In this document: positions 9,501 through 20,151 of the stretch, piece after piece
How the letters are laid out: the number at the start of each line of letters is the position of its first letter
Numbering within the stretch: position 1 is the first letter of the stretch
NCBI GenBank assembly: GCA_050179135.1
Contig: JBFXFK010000003.1
Location: forward strand, 4,948-68,479
DNA: 63,532 nucleotides
Direction: 5' to 3'
Source: Desulfatirhabdiaceae bacterium
Lineage (GTDB): Bacteria; Desulfobacterota; Desulfobacteria; Desulfobacterales; Desulfatirhabdiaceae
The notes under the pieces: generated by a model
What the model was told of the DNA's origin: nothing
Database searches by the model: none
What the model saw: the letters and a program-made list of their open reading frames with translations, nothing else
Translations under genes and position numbers: made by a program

Positions 9501-9511
9501 AGGAGGCCTGC

Positions 9512-12500
9512 ATGTTTTCCCGATTTTTTATCGATCGCCCCATTTTTGCAACCGTGGTATCCATCATCATCGCCATCACCGGCGCTGTTGCCATTGCCGT
9601 GCTTCCGGTCGAACAATATCCGGCCATCACGCCGGTTCAGGTCACGGTATCGGCCACCTATCCCGGGGCCGATTCCAAGACACTGGCCGATTCTGTCGCC
9701 GCCCCGATCGAGGCCCAGATCAACGGGGTTGACAACATGCTGTACATGACCTCGACCAGTTCCGCCAATGGACTGCTGAGCCTGACCGTGTATTTTGATC
9801 TGAATACCGATCCGGACATCGCCCAGGTTCAGGTTCAGAACCGGGTCAATCTGGCATTGCCCCAACTCCCGTCCGCCGTATCCCAGCAGGGCGTGTCCGT
9901 GCAGAAAAAATCATCCTCCATCATGATGCTGATTGCCATTCTGTCGCCCGAAAACCGGTATAGTCCCGAGTACATTGCCAATTATGCCAATGTGTATGTC
10001 CTGGATGCGGTCAAGCGGGTCCCGGGCGCCGGCCAGGCATCCATCATGGGAGTGCCGGACCAGGCCATGCGTATCTGGATGAATCCGGACCGGATGGCGT
10101 CTTTGGGCATCACGACCAGCGACATTCAGCATGCGATATCATCCCAGAATGCCCTGTCCGGTTCCGGTCAGATCGGGCAGCCGCCCACAACCGGGCCGGT
10201 TCAGATGACGTTTCCGGTCGTTACCCAGAGACCCTTTACCGATCCGGATCAGTATGAAAACATCATCGTGCGGGCCAGTCAGGATAACAGCGCCATTGTC
10301 CATCTGAAAGATGTGGCCCGCGCCGAAATCGGGCTTCGACAATATGTTGTGGACAGCCGCCTGAACAATATACCGGCCACATTCCTTGCCATTTATCAGC
10401 AGCCCGGCGCCAACGGGCTGAAGGTGTCCGAAGCCGTCCGGGAGGCCATGGCCGCCATGAAAGCCCAGTTTCCCGACGGTCTCGATTATGTGGTGTCCCT
10501 GGACACCACGGATTTTGTCCGGCTTTCCATCGAGGAGGTCAAGCATACCCTGATCGAGGCCGTGGTGCTGGTCGTTCTGGTGGTATTTCTCTTTTTGCAG
10601 AATTTTCGGGCCACGGTCATCTGTACGGTTGCCATTTTTGTCGCCCTGATCGGCACCTTTCCCGGCATGCTGGCCCTGGGTTTTTCCATCAACCTGCTCA
10701 CCCTGTTCGGTCTGGTCCTGGCCATTGGCATCGTGGTGGATGATGCCATTGTGGTGGTGGAAAATGTGGAACGGAACATGACCCAGTTTCACCTGTCACC
10801 CAAAGACGCCACCATCCGGGCCATGAACGAGGTGACCAGCCCGGTCATCGCAACGGTTCTGGTCATGTCCGCCGTATTTGTTTCCGCCGCATTTCTGCCC
10901 GGAACCACCGGACAACTGTATAAACAGTTCGCCATTACCATTGCCATATCGGTGACGATTTCCGGATTTGTGGCCCTGACCCTGACACCGGCCATGTGCG
11001 CCGTGATGCTCAAACACACCCTGCCCCCCCAACGGGGTCCATTTGCCTGGTTCAATCGCCTGTTCGACCGGTTTACCCAGGCATTCGGCCGGGCCGTGGT
11101 TCTGATGATCCGCCGCATGGCCATTGCCTTTGTGCTTCTGGGGGTCATGATATGGGGAATCGTTCACCTGTTTCAGATTCTGCCGGCCAGTTTTGTGCCC
11201 AACGAAGATCAGGGCTATGTGATGGCCGCCATCCTCATGCCCGATGCCGCCAGTCTGGACCGGACCAAATCGGTTTCGGAGCGTGTCGATGCCCTGTTTA
11301 CCGCCATACCGGGTGTGGAAAACCGCACCCAGATCATTGGATTCAGCCTGCTTGACAATGGATTCAAAAGCAATGCCGCCACGTTTTTTGTCACGCTCAA
11401 ACCCTTTGAAGACCGGTATCAGTCCACAGACCGGGCCCGGGCGGAAAATTCACGGGCCGTTTTGATGAACCTGAACCGCCAGGCCAAAGACATTCAACAG
11501 GGGCTGGTCATTCCCATTGCGCCGCCGGCCATTCCCGGAATCGGCACAACCGGCGGTTTTGAATTCTGGATTCAGGACACGGGGTCCGGCGAATCCGCCC
11601 GATTGGAAGAGCTGACCCGGCAATTTCTTGCCGAGGCCCGAAAAAGACCCGAGCTGAGCGGATTGAGCACCACGTTCCGGGCATCATCCCAGCAACTGAA
11701 GGCCGATGTCAACCGGGAGCAGGCCAGCCTGATTGGTGTTCCCATAGAGGACATCTACAATGCCATTCAGGCCCAGTTCGGATCACTGACCGCCAGCCAG
11801 TTCAATGAATTCAGCCGGGTCTGGTGGGTCATTCTGCAGTCCGATCCCCTGTTTCGGCAAAATCCCCAGGACCTGACCCGCTTATATACCCGATCCAGCC
11901 AGGGCCAGATGGTGCCGCTGTCTGCTGTGGTGACCACTTCCTGGGTGACCGGTCCGGATCTCCTGCCCCATTTCAACGGGTTTCCGGCCGCCAAGATCAA
12001 TGGGAACGCCGCGCCCGGGTTCAGTTCGGGTCAGGCCATCGGTGTCATGGAAGCCGTGGCCCGGGAGGTTCTGCCCCAGGGCTACACCTTTGCCTGGTCC
12101 GGTCTGGCATATGAGGAAAAAAGCGCCGGCGGCACATCGACCATCGCGCTCGTGTTTGGCCTGATTTTTGTATTTCTGATCCTGGCGGCCCAGTACGAAT
12201 CCTGGACCCTGCCCGGGTCGGTCATGACAGCCGTCCCGTTCGGGGTCCTGGGGGCACTGATGTTCAACTGGATGCGGGGTCTGGAAAACGATGTCTATTT
12301 TCAGATCGGTCTTCTGGTTCTGGTCGGCCTGGGGGCAAAAAACGCCCTGCTTCGGGTCACCTTTGCCGTGGAATTGCGCAAGCAGGGCAAATCCCTGATG
12401 GATGCCACCATCGAGGCGGGCGAAATGCGCCTTCGGCCCATCATCATGACTTCCCTGGCCTTCATTTTCGGGGTGTTGCCGCTGGCCATCGCGGTGGGGG

Positions 12501-12712
12501 CCGGCGCCAATGCCCGCCACTCCATCGGCACGGGCATCATTGGCGGCATGATTGGCGAGGCCACCCTGGCCATGCTGTATGTCCCGCTGTTTTTTTATAT
12601 TTTCGACCGCTGGACCAGCCGGTCTTCGGACAGGTCATTGGACACGCCGCCGGAAACCACCGCGGATGACGCTTCCCGTGAAACAATCCCGTCAACCGGT
12701 GAGGGGCGCTGA
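9512..12712 (+). CDS. RND efflux permease, HAE1/AcrB family
   Basis: 1066 aa. MFSRFFIDRPIFATVVSIII start, 12-TM layout, GIVVDDAIVVVENVER motif. Confidence 0.95.
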   Translation: MFSRFFIDRPIFATVVSIIIAITGAVAIAVLPVEQYPAITPVQVTVSATYPGADSKTLADSVAAPIEAQINGVDNMLYMTSTSSANGLLSLTVYFDLNTDPDIAQVQVQNRVNLALPQLPSAVSQQGVSVQKKSSSIMMLIAILSPENRYSPEYIANYANVYVLDAVKRVPGAGQASIMGVPDQAMRIWMNPDRMASLGITTSDIQHAISSQNALSGSGQIGQPPTTGPVQMTFPVVTQRPFTDPDQYENIIVRASQDNSAIVHLKDVARAEIGLRQYVVDSRLNNIPATFLAIYQQPGANGLKVSEAVREAMAAMKAQFPDGLDYVVSLDTTDFVRLSIEEVKHTLIEAVVLVVLVVFLFLQNFRATVICTVAIFVALIGTFPGMLALGFSINLLTLFGLVLAIGIVVDDAIVVVENVERNMTQFHLSPKDATIRAMNEVTSPVIATVLVMSAVFVSAAFLPGTTGQLYKQFAITIAISVTISGFVALTLTPAMCAVMLKHTLPPQRGPFAWFNRLFDRFTQAFGRAVVLMIRRMAIAFVLLGVMIWGIVHLFQILPASFVPNEDQGYVMAAILMPDAASLDRTKSVSERVDALFTAIPGVENRTQIIGFSLLDNGFKSNAATFFVTLKPFEDRYQSTDRARAENSRAVLMNLNRQAKDIQQGLVIPIAPPAIPGIGTTGGFEFWIQDTGSGESARLEELTRQFLAEARKRPELSGLSTTFRASSQQLKADVNREQASLIGVPIEDIYNAIQAQFGSLTASQFNEFSRVWWVILQSDPLFRQNPQDLTRLYTRSSQGQMVPLSAVVTTSWVTGPDLLPHFNGFPAAKINGNAAPGFSSGQAIGVMEAVAREVLPQGYTFAWSGLAYEEKSAGGTSTIALVFGLIFVFLILAAQYESWTLPGSVMTAVPFGVLGALMFNWMRGLENDVYFQIGLLVLVGLGAKNALLRVTFAVELRKQGKSLMDATIEAGEMRLRPIIMTSLAFIFGVLPLAIAVGAGANARHSIGTGIIGGMIGEATLAMLYVPLFFYIFDRWTSRSSDRSLDTPPETTADDASRETIPSTGEGR

Positions 12713-12720
12713 GGCCATGA

Positions 12721-12798
12721 TTGAACAAGTCATTAAATTACTGGAAGCTTACACGCGGGCTATTCTGACTCCTGGATTCTGAATACCTGAGTAGTTAC
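12721..12798 (+). pseudogene. 3' remnant of a four-helix-bundle cassette
   Basis: Aligns by eye at about 90 percent identity to 1431-1515 (ttgaaSaagtca.taaattactggaagcttaca.gcgggctattctga...ctgaatacctgagt.gttac) with a 7-bp deletion. It encodes only IEQVIKLLEAYTRAILTPGF. Confidence 0.65.
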
Positions 12799-12807
12799 CG
12801 CCATTTT

Positions 12808-14703
12808 TTGATTGAAGGAATGAACCCTATGCCCTGTAAAGTCAATTCGCCAGATACCATCAAAGAAATTCTGGATAATCATGTCGTCGATGACCTGAAA
12901 GCCATCCGGTCTTTTTTGTATTCATCCCTGATACAAAACCGGATCGGCCTGTCCGGTTTCGAAGTTCTGAATGGAAATCCCAATTCCCTCACCCGAAAGG
13001 CGGATCTGATCGAATGGATACTGTCCTGCCTGACAAATGCAACCATTCTGAAATTTGAATATGAACTGATGACCGATCTGGAAAAGTCTGCCCTGCAGGA
13101 AATCGTTCATGCATCCGGGGTTTTTGATTATGCGCGTTTTGATGCAAAATATGGCGACACCCCCCACATATCCATCGGAAGGCGTTATTCGTGGCGGGAA
13201 TCGAAAAAGGAACCCAACCGGTTTCCGCCCCTGAGTCTGTTTATGACCAGCGATGGGCTGATGTCCCGGGAAATGCTCCGGCTTCTGCGTCCCTTTGTTC
13301 CCGAACCCGGTGAAATGACAGCTCAGGCCATCGATACCCTTCCCGATACCATCTACCTGGAAGGACGTGGCGATGAAAAAAATGTCCCGCTGGTGACACA
13401 CCATACCGAAAAGGCGGCTGCTACCGATCTGATGACCATTTTACAACTTGTGGATATGGGAAAGCTGGGGGTGAGCCCCAAAACCGGAAAGCCCACCCTG
13501 CCCACCGTCCGGTTTATCCGACAAGCGCTTTCATCAGGGGACTTCTATCCGGAAGATTTAACCGGAGAAGACGATGACATCCAGATTGGGGAGGCCGGGA
13601 TTCGCCCATTTGCCTGGATCATGCTGATTCAGGCAGCCGGACTGGTTCAGATCAACGGCAGCAAACTGGCGCTGAACCGGAACGGGAAAGCCGCGCTTAA
13701 CAAACCGGCGACAGAAACATTGAAGCACATCTGGGAGCGATGGCTGAACTATAAAGACTTTCATGAATTCAGCCGGATCGATATCATCAAGGGACAAAAA
13801 TCAAAAAGCCGCCCCCTGTATATGGCGCCTCCCTCCCGCAGCAGCATTGCCGATGCCCTGTCTGATCTGGAAGTCGGGAAATGGATACAAACAGACGATT
13901 TTTTTACGTTTCTCATTGCCCGGGGCCATCGGTTTGACATTCTACGGGATGCGGGGTGGGCGCTGTATATCGGTTCCCAGCAATACGGCAGCCTGGGATA
14001 CAACCATGTCACCTGGGATCATATCAATGGGCGGTTTGCCCGGGCCTTTCTTCTGGAATATGCCGCTACCCTGGGCGTCATCGATGTGGCGCTGATTCCT
14101 CCTTGGGGGGCAGCGAACGATCTTGGAGATCTGTGGGGTGCGGACGATTTCTCCTGCCTGAGCCGCTATGATGGGCTGTATGCACTCTGTCTCAATTCCC
14201 TGGGAGCTTGGATTATGGGTCTGAAAGAGGACTTTCTCCCCCAATCTCCGGATCAAATTACACTTGAAATTCTGCCCAATTTGGAAATAACCGCTTTGGG
14301 AGCGACACCGGATCAGGCAGACAGACTCTTTCTGGAACGTTTTTGCCACAAGAAATCCGACAGGGTGTGGGAAATGCGGATAGCAACGCTCCTTCAGGCT
14401 ATTGAGGAGGGAATCGATCTGAACCAGATCATCGGCTTTCTGAAAAACCGGAGCCAGGGGGCGTTCCCGCAGCCCGTAACCCTGTTTTTTGATGACATGC
14501 GAAACCGGATCGGCCAGTTACAGGACATGGGTGAGGCCAGACTGGTGAAGTGTCAGGACAGGGACATGGCGAATCGGATTGCCAAAGACGTCCGGATGAA
14601 CGGCCTCTGCATGACTGATGGCGGACATTATATCGTTGTTCCGGCGGAAAAAGAAAACCGCTTCAGAAAAGAGCTGCGGAATTTGGGATACATTCTGAAA
14701 TGA
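12808..14703 (+). CDS. Large uncharacterised protein with a C-terminal module resembling the XPB N-terminal / helicase-associated domain
   Basis: The C-terminus is IIGFLKNRSQGAFPQPVTLFFDDMRNRIGQLQDMGEARLVKCQDRDMANRIAKD...HYIVVPAEKENRFRKELRNLGYILK. This follows the pattern I recall for the XPB damage-recognition/helicase-associated domain. The true start is probably ATG 12820 or 12829. Confidence 0.55.
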   Translation: MIEGMNPMPCKVNSPDTIKEILDNHVVDDLKAIRSFLYSSLIQNRIGLSGFEVLNGNPNSLTRKADLIEWILSCLTNATILKFEYELMTDLEKSALQEIVHASGVFDYARFDAKYGDTPHISIGRRYSWRESKKEPNRFPPLSLFMTSDGLMSREMLRLLRPFVPEPGEMTAQAIDTLPDTIYLEGRGDEKNVPLVTHHTEKAAATDLMTILQLVDMGKLGVSPKTGKPTLPTVRFIRQALSSGDFYPEDLTGEDDDIQIGEAGIRPFAWIMLIQAAGLVQINGSKLALNRNGKAALNKPATETLKHIWERWLNYKDFHEFSRIDIIKGQKSKSRPLYMAPPSRSSIADALSDLEVGKWIQTDDFFTFLIARGHRFDILRDAGWALYIGSQQYGSLGYNHVTWDHINGRFARAFLLEYAATLGVIDVALIPPWGAANDLGDLWGADDFSCLSRYDGLYALCLNSLGAWIMGLKEDFLPQSPDQITLEILPNLEITALGATPDQADRLFLERFCHKKSDRVWEMRIATLLQAIEEGIDLNQIIGFLKNRSQGAFPQPVTLFFDDMRNRIGQLQDMGEARLVKCQDRDMANRIAKDVRMNGLCMTDGGHYIVVPAEKENRFRKELRNLGYILK

Positions 14704-14759
14704 TCCGTCAGCAAAAATGTTAGATTGCCTGTCAAAAACATGGCAAAAAGGAGTATCAG

Positions 14760-15563
14760 ATGATGACGAAACAGGCGATGGTTGTAGACAATGACATATT
14801 TTTCGTTGAATTCCTCACGGATATTCTGGAAAAAAGAGGTTATTCGGTCATTAAGGCATATGATGGCAAAAGCAGTATCAACCAGTTGCGTGAAGGCCCG
14901 GTTGACCTGTTGTTTGTCGATATGGTCATGCCCAAAATTGACGGGAAACAGGTGATTCAATTCACCCGGAAACAGTTCCCCGAAAACCGCTTCCCCATTG
15001 TGGCCATTTCGGGCACATTGCTTGAAAACAGTGAGGATCTCAAAAGAATTGGCGCCGATCACTATATTGCCAAGGGGCCGATTGAAACCATGACGGATCA
15101 TGTTTCAAAATTTCTGGACCAGCTCGACAAACATGCCATTGCAGCCTCTGATCAAATCACGGAACCATCACGGCTGTTTCAGCGGCAGTCCACAGCCGAA
15201 CTGATTGAAAGGATCGATTTTCAGGATGGTATTTTTGAAAGCATCGGACTGGGCCTGTTTGTCATTGATCGCGAAGCACAAATCATTCGGGTCAATGAGC
15301 TGGGCCTTGAAATGTTGAATAAATCCATGGAGACCCTGATCAGCCGGCATGTCACCACACTGCTTCCCGAGCCTGAAAAAACCCGCCTGACGTCCGCCCT
15401 GAAACTGGTAGCCCGAAACCGGAATAAAAAGAGTGTTTCATTTGATGTTGATTCAGATACTCTGCACCTGCGTGTCATTGTTTCCATACACCGGATCGGG
15501 CAGGAAGCCATCGGATGGATTATTGCCTTGGAGGATAAGGGTCAATGGGAAGAACCAGTCTGA
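14760..15563 (+). CDS. Response regulator with REC and PAS domains
   Basis: RBS aaggag. MVVDNDIFF...[13 protein letters not shown] receiver, then a PAS-like [27 protein letters not shown]. Confidence 0.85.
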   Translation: MMTKQAMVVDNDIFFVEFLTDILEKRGYSVIKAYDGKSSINQLREGPVDLLFVDMVMPKIDGKQVIQFTRKQFPENRFPIVAISGTLLENSEDLKRIGADHYIAKGPIETMTDHVSKFLDQLDKHAIAASDQITEPSRLFQRQSTAELIERIDFQDGIFESIGLGLFVIDREAQIIRVNELGLEMLNKSMETLISRHVTTLLPEPEKTRLTSALKLVARNRNKKSVSFDVDSDTLHLRVIVSIHRIGQEAIGWIIALEDKGQWEEPV

Positions 15564-16804
15564 AAAACAAGCTGCTTCTGGCATTTCTGGGGCTGCTTTT
15601 GACTGTCATGACGGTTGTGGGCTTTGTCAATTATCTGACCGATAATTTTTATCTGGCACAGGCTGTCTCCACCGCCGTCGCCATGATATTTGGCGTCATT
15701 TTCGGCATCCGGTTTTCCGGTTCCCTGGTGCAAAGACTGAACCAGCTCATCAACTCGGCGCGGGAAATCAGCTCCGGGGATCTCTCCCGGGAAATTGCCC
15801 GGGTATCCAATGATGAAGTTCGCGATCTGGAAGATATCTTTTCCAAGATGCTTCAGGAATTGCGGAAAATGATTCTGGATATGAAAAATCTGTTTGACCA
15901 GATTCAGTCCACCAAGATTCAACTGAATGATATCATGAGACGGATCGTTCAAAACAATTATGAAATCGATCGATCCGCGCTCAAAATTGCCACCGGGTCG
16001 GAACAACAGTCAGCCCTGGCAAAAAATACAGCGGATCAGATCGATGAAGGTCTGCTGGTCATGGAGGACATGGTTCAGCAGTCGGCCCGGACCGTCACCC
16101 GAATTGCCGATACCAAAATCAGGACCGAATCCGGAGAGGCCAATGCCCGAAAAACCCTGATCCAGTTCAAGGTGTCACTGCAACAGATGGCCGAATATGC
16201 CAAACCCATTCATCGCCTGGCCACCGAAGTGGATAAAATCCGGATGGTGGTTCGAATCATCGAGGAAATCGCCCAAAAAACCGATCTGCTGGCCCTGAAT
16301 GCATCCATCGAGGCCACCCGCGCCGGTGAAATGGGCAAGGGGTTTGCGCTGGTCGCGGAAGAAATCCGGACCATGGCGGAAAATTCCAAATTATCTTCCA
16401 AGGAAATCGGCAAAATTGTTCAGGGCATTCTCCAGGATAATTCGGAAGTCATTGTGTCCCTGCAAAAAAATCAGGAAGGCCTGAAAAGTGGCGAACAGAT
16501 CATTCACAGCATCATTACCGCATTTGGAGAGACGCTGACCCATGTCAGCCATATTTATTCCGAGGTAAAAGACATTCAGGATGTGACCGGAAAGCAGGTA
16601 AAGGAAATGAGAAAATTTCTGACCCAGTTTCAGGAAATCACCCGTCTGTCGTCCGAGAATCTTCAGGCAGCCAAAAAAACCATACAGGCAACCCGGAACC
16701 AGAATTCGGACATGAAAGGCATTGTCGAGACCATGAAAGCCCTGAATGAATTATCCGAGCAGATGATGCAAACCCAGCAGCGATTCAAGCTGACGGCAGA
16801 CTGA
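15545..16804 (+). CDS. Methyl-accepting chemotaxis protein with two closely spaced TMs (no periplasmic sensor), a HAMP domain and an MCP signalling domain
   Basis: [34 protein letters not shown] highly conserved hairpin tip. Confidence 0.9.
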   Translation: MGRTSLKNKLLLAFLGLLLTVMTVVGFVNYLTDNFYLAQAVSTAVAMIFGVIFGIRFSGSLVQRLNQLINSAREISSGDLSREIARVSNDEVRDLEDIFSKMLQELRKMILDMKNLFDQIQSTKIQLNDIMRRIVQNNYEIDRSALKIATGSEQQSALAKNTADQIDEGLLVMEDMVQQSARTVTRIADTKIRTESGEANARKTLIQFKVSLQQMAEYAKPIHRLATEVDKIRMVVRIIEEIAQKTDLLALNASIEATRAGEMGKGFALVAEEIRTMAENSKLSSKEIGKIVQGILQDNSEVIVSLQKNQEGLKSGEQIIHSIITAFGETLTHVSHIYSEVKDIQDVTGKQVKEMRKFLTQFQEITRLSSENLQAAKKTIQATRNQNSDMKGIVETMKALNELSEQMMQTQQRFKLTAD

Positions 16805-16805
16805 T

Positions 16806-17213
16806 ATGGAACTTGTCGGATTTTCAGTCCTCGACCGCCTGTATGGTCTCCATTCCCGGTATGTCAATCGGGTGATCGAATGTACCAGGCTTTTTCCGGC
16901 CCCATTCATGCCGGAATGTCATAAAGGGCTGCTGTTTTATCGGGGCGATCTGTATGATGTCATCGATGTCGGAATCCTTTTCAGCCGGAAGGCGTCTGCC
17001 AAAGATCCACCTTACCGGATCATTCTGTTGAAATGGGAATTGAAGAAACTGGCCATCATTCCGGATGTCGTCATCGGTCTTGTCAGTCTCGATGACCCGA
17101 CGGTCAAACAGGAGGCTTCACGCGTAAACGGGCAACCGATCGACCTGATTACACCGGACAGCCTCTGGGACCAACTGTTGAAATTGAGTTATGGACCTGG
17201 AAAAATATTATAA
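16806..17213 (+). CDS. cheW: CheW-like coupling protein
   Basis: 135 aa with CheW-fold pattern (LYGLHSRYVNRVIE...GLLFYRGDLYDVIDV). Sits between the MCP and CheA genes. Confidence 0.75.
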   Translation: MELVGFSVLDRLYGLHSRYVNRVIECTRLFPAPFMPECHKGLLFYRGDLYDVIDVGILFSRKASAKDPPYRIILLKWELKKLAIIPDVVIGLVSLDDPTVKQEASRVNGQPIDLITPDSLWDQLLKLSYGPGKIL

Positions 17214-18795
17214 GATTTTTGCACAGGAATCCGGAAAATATCTGGAGCAGATTGATCAGTTGCTGATTCAGGTGGATAATCATCCATCAGATACCGGACT
17301 GTGGCGCGAGCTGCACGGGAAAATGCATTCCATAAAGGGAATGGCCAGAGCCATGAGTATGGAACACATTGCCCAGCTCAGCCATTCCATGGAAACCTGG
17401 TGTCTGGCCTTTCAGAAAAATGCCGCAACTGCCGGACAAACTGCCATTCAGGCATTGTTTGACGGCGCGGATATACTGAAATTCCTGGTGAATCAGCAGG
17501 ATAAACTGGATTCCGTGGCATCGCAGGACCGGTATCGTCTGATACTGGAGCGGTTGTCGCTGGATCCATCAACCGGCCAGGCGCCTGTTCGGGCGGAAAC
17601 CGGTGTGTCCGAGCCGGCCCCGCTGCGAATGGACCCGATTGACCAGGTGCGAATCCCCTATGTCCAGATTGAGGAATTGCTGGGCTATTCCCGTGAAATT
17701 CTGATGCTCGAAACGACACTGCCGCCTCTTCCTCTGGAATACGCCAGCCTGAAAAGCTGGATTGATCATTATATGGCCATGATCAAGGGACTGTATTTCC
17801 GGCTGGCCCAGTTTCGTCTGATGTCCATTGACGATTTTGCCGCCATATATGGATCGACCATACACCAGCAGGCCAGAAGTCTGGGAAAACAGGTTTTTCT
17901 GGAGGTCAAAGGCGGAAATATCCGCGCCGATATCGCACTGCTGGAGCGGCTTCGGGAACCATTGATCCATATCATCCGAAATGCCATTGCACATGGCATT
18001 GAAAAACCGGAAGACCGGGTGCGCCTGGGCAAAGCGGAAAAAGGATGCATTGTTCTGGAAGCCGAAAGCGACAGGGAAAGTCTCATTATCCGGATCAGGG
18101 ACGATGGCAGTGGCATAGACCGGGACGCCATCATTTCGCACCTTCAGAAAAAAACGCGGATGAGTCCCGAAGAGATTCTCGATATGACCGGGAAGAAATT
18201 CTATGACACCATTCTCAGCAGCGAATTTTCATCCGCCAAAATTGTCACGGACATGTCCGGCAGGGGCATCGGCATGAATGTGGTGGCTCAGGCCATTGAA
18301 TATCTCAGCGGCACACTGTCCATTGCATCGGTTCCCGGGAAAGGCGCCACGTTTACCATTCAGTTGCCCGTTTCCCTTTCCGTGATTTATGCGATTGTAT
18401 TTCATGTCGGACCCTATTTGCTGGCCATACCGACATCCGCCATGGAATCGGTCGCATATAACACGGAAAAGGCATGTGCATTGCCCGAATCCTGCCTGAA
18501 TCTGAGAGAACTCTTTGGTGTAAATGAATCGGCTGAAGATTCGGTGCATATTCTGAAACTTCGGCCCGGAAGCCATAAGGTCAAATCCCGGCCAAACGAG
18601 ACAGGACATCCGGACAGTTTCGCCTGGAGTCTGGCCGTGGACCACATTGTTGGAAACCGGCCCATCATGATCATGCATGTCAGTGAACTGGTTGCCAGAA
18701 CGCATATCTATTCCGGAATCGGCATTCTGGAAAACGGAGACATATCCCCGCTTCTGGATATTCCCACCCTGTTTGAAACCCTGCTCAAATTATAA
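17191..18795 (+). CDS. cheA: CheA-type histidine kinase (Hpt, HATPase, C-terminal CheW-like domain)
   Basis: Hpt ELHGKMHSIKGMARAM; HIIRNAIAHGIE, RDDGSGID, SGRGIGMNVV. Confidence 0.85.
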   Translation: MDLEKYYKIFAQESGKYLEQIDQLLIQVDNHPSDTGLWRELHGKMHSIKGMARAMSMEHIAQLSHSMETWCLAFQKNAATAGQTAIQALFDGADILKFLVNQQDKLDSVASQDRYRLILERLSLDPSTGQAPVRAETGVSEPAPLRMDPIDQVRIPYVQIEELLGYSREILMLETTLPPLPLEYASLKSWIDHYMAMIKGLYFRLAQFRLMSIDDFAAIYGSTIHQQARSLGKQVFLEVKGGNIRADIALLERLREPLIHIIRNAIAHGIEKPEDRVRLGKAEKGCIVLEAESDRESLIIRIRDDGSGIDRDAIISHLQKKTRMSPEEILDMTGKKFYDTILSSEFSSAKIVTDMSGRGIGMNVVAQAIEYLSGTLSIASVPGKGATFTIQLPVSLSVIYAIVFHVGPYLLAIPTSAMESVAYNTEKACALPESCLNLRELFGVNESAEDSVHILKLRPGSHKVKSRPNETGHPDSFAWSLAVDHIVGNRPIMIMHVSELVARTHIYSGIGILENGDISPLLDIPTLFETLLKL

Positions 18796-18847
18796 TATAG
18801 TTTTGGGCTTGACATATCCCGCCAGCTTTTTTAGCATTCCATCGTTT

Positions 18848-18960
18848 TCAGGATAACGGTTTTGGGTGCGTTACCGGTTGGGGATAACAGGGCGTTTTTC
18901 AAGGCGTCAGCCGCCAAAGGTCTATCCCATTGCTGCTTTGTGAAATGAATTTTCTGAACG
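18848..18960 (+). repeat. Diverged copy of the about 100-nt hairpin repeat family (see 47444-47540) in the dapA leader
   Basis: ggataacggttttgggtgcgttaccggttggggata...ggtctatcccattgctgctttgtgaaatgaatt aligns by eye with gataatgattttgggtgcgttatcggtcggggatgg...ggcctatcccctccctgctgccttcccaaaatcatt. Confidence 0.45.
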
Positions 18961-18990
18961 TCCAAATCAATTCAATTTTTAAGGGGGAAT

Positions 18991-20025
18991 ATGAATTCAG
19001 GTTGTTATACCGCAATTATTACACCTTTTCTGGGTGAAACCATTGATTATCCGGGATTTGACAGGCTGATCGGTTTTCAGATTGACAATGGTATTACGGG
19101 GATACTGGCTGCCGGAACCACCGGAGAAAGTCCGGCGCTCAGTTGGGAAGAACATAATGGGGTCATCCAGTTTGTTTCCGACAGATCGAAAAACCACTGC
19201 CTGTGCATTGCCGGAACCGGCAGCAACAACACGGCGGAAGCGCTTGACGGATCCCGCCATGCGGTAACGGCCGGCGTCGATGCCCTGCTTCTGGTCGATC
19301 CCTATTACAATGGTCCCAGCTCACTGGAGATCAGACGGGAATATGTCGCGCCAATTGCCAGGGCTTTTCCGCAGTCTGAAATCATCCCCTACATTATCCC
19401 GGGTCGCACCGGCACCCAACTCCTGCCAGAAGACCTGGCCATTTTGCATCGCCAGTTTCCCAATGTCTCCACCGTAAAAGAGGCAACGGGAAATCTGGAT
19501 AACATGAGACGCACGCGGGAATGCTGTGGTCCGGATTTCTGTATTCTTTCGGGGGATGATGCGCTGACCTGTGACATGATGATGGATTCCCGAATTGCTG
19601 CAGGGGGAGTGATTTCGGTGCTGTCCAACATTGTTCCCGGCGCACTGGTGAAACTGGTTGAACTGTTGAAACAACAGCACCAGGACGCGGCAAGGGAGTT
19701 AAAACGTGCGCTGGATCCGCTGTTTGATCTGGTCACGGTCAAAACCACCGAATCAACACCATTTGGAAATGTGGTCTGCCGGGCCAGAAACCCGCTTGCC
19801 GTAAAAACCCTGATGACCGTCTTGGGCCTGCCTTCCGGAGGATGCCGGAAACCGCTGGGGAAAATGACACAAAATGGTCTGAATGTCGTGCTGAATGCCG
19901 CCAGAAGCGTTCAACAGCACAATCCGGAACTGTTTCAGCCCATTGCCAAAGCGTTTGATGTCGATATCGAAGAACGCCTGAACACCCCGGCCATCTGGGC
20001 AGATCTGGTTTATGAGGCGTATTGA
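18991..20025 (+). CDS. dapA: 4-hydroxy-tetrahydrodipicolinate synthase family (DapA/DHDPS-like) with an extended C-terminus
   Basis: AIITPF, GTTGESPALS, DPYYN, VKEATG (active-site Lys context). 344 aa, about 50 aa longer than typical DapA. Confidence 0.8.
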   Translation: MNSGCYTAIITPFLGETIDYPGFDRLIGFQIDNGITGILAAGTTGESPALSWEEHNGVIQFVSDRSKNHCLCIAGTGSNNTAEALDGSRHAVTAGVDALLLVDPYYNGPSSLEIRREYVAPIARAFPQSEIIPYIIPGRTGTQLLPEDLAILHRQFPNVSTVKEATGNLDNMRRTRECCGPDFCILSGDDALTCDMMMDSRIAAGGVISVLSNIVPGALVKLVELLKQQHQDAARELKRALDPLFDLVTVKTTESTPFGNVVCRARNPLAVKTLMTVLGLPSGGCRKPLGKMTQNGLNVVLNAARSVQQHNPELFQPIAKAFDVDIEERLNTPAIWADLVYEAY

Positions 20026-20123
20026 GACGGTCAGACGGTCAGACGGTCGGACGGTCGGACAGTCTGACTGTCGGACGGTCCACGGTCCGACTGTCCCGAC
20101 TGTCCCGACTGTCCCGACGGTCC
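20025..20123. repeat. 8-bp tandem repeat (AGACGGTC, switching to GACTGTCC), the reverse-complement relative of 86-218
   Basis: gacggtcagacggtcagacggtcggacggtcggacagtctgactgtcgg...gactgtcccgactgtcccgactgtcccgacggtcc. Runs from the dapA stop to the rfbA RBS. Confidence 0.85.
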
Positions 20124-20151
20124 AACAATAAAAACAGGAGAAACAAACAAC

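Noticed and set aside
18848-18960. A structured leader upstream of dapA might be a lysine riboswitch.
   Set aside because: The segment aligns with the hairpin repeat family at 47444-47540 and 60428-60532. I could not see the conserved L-box core features. Only a covariance-model search could settle this.
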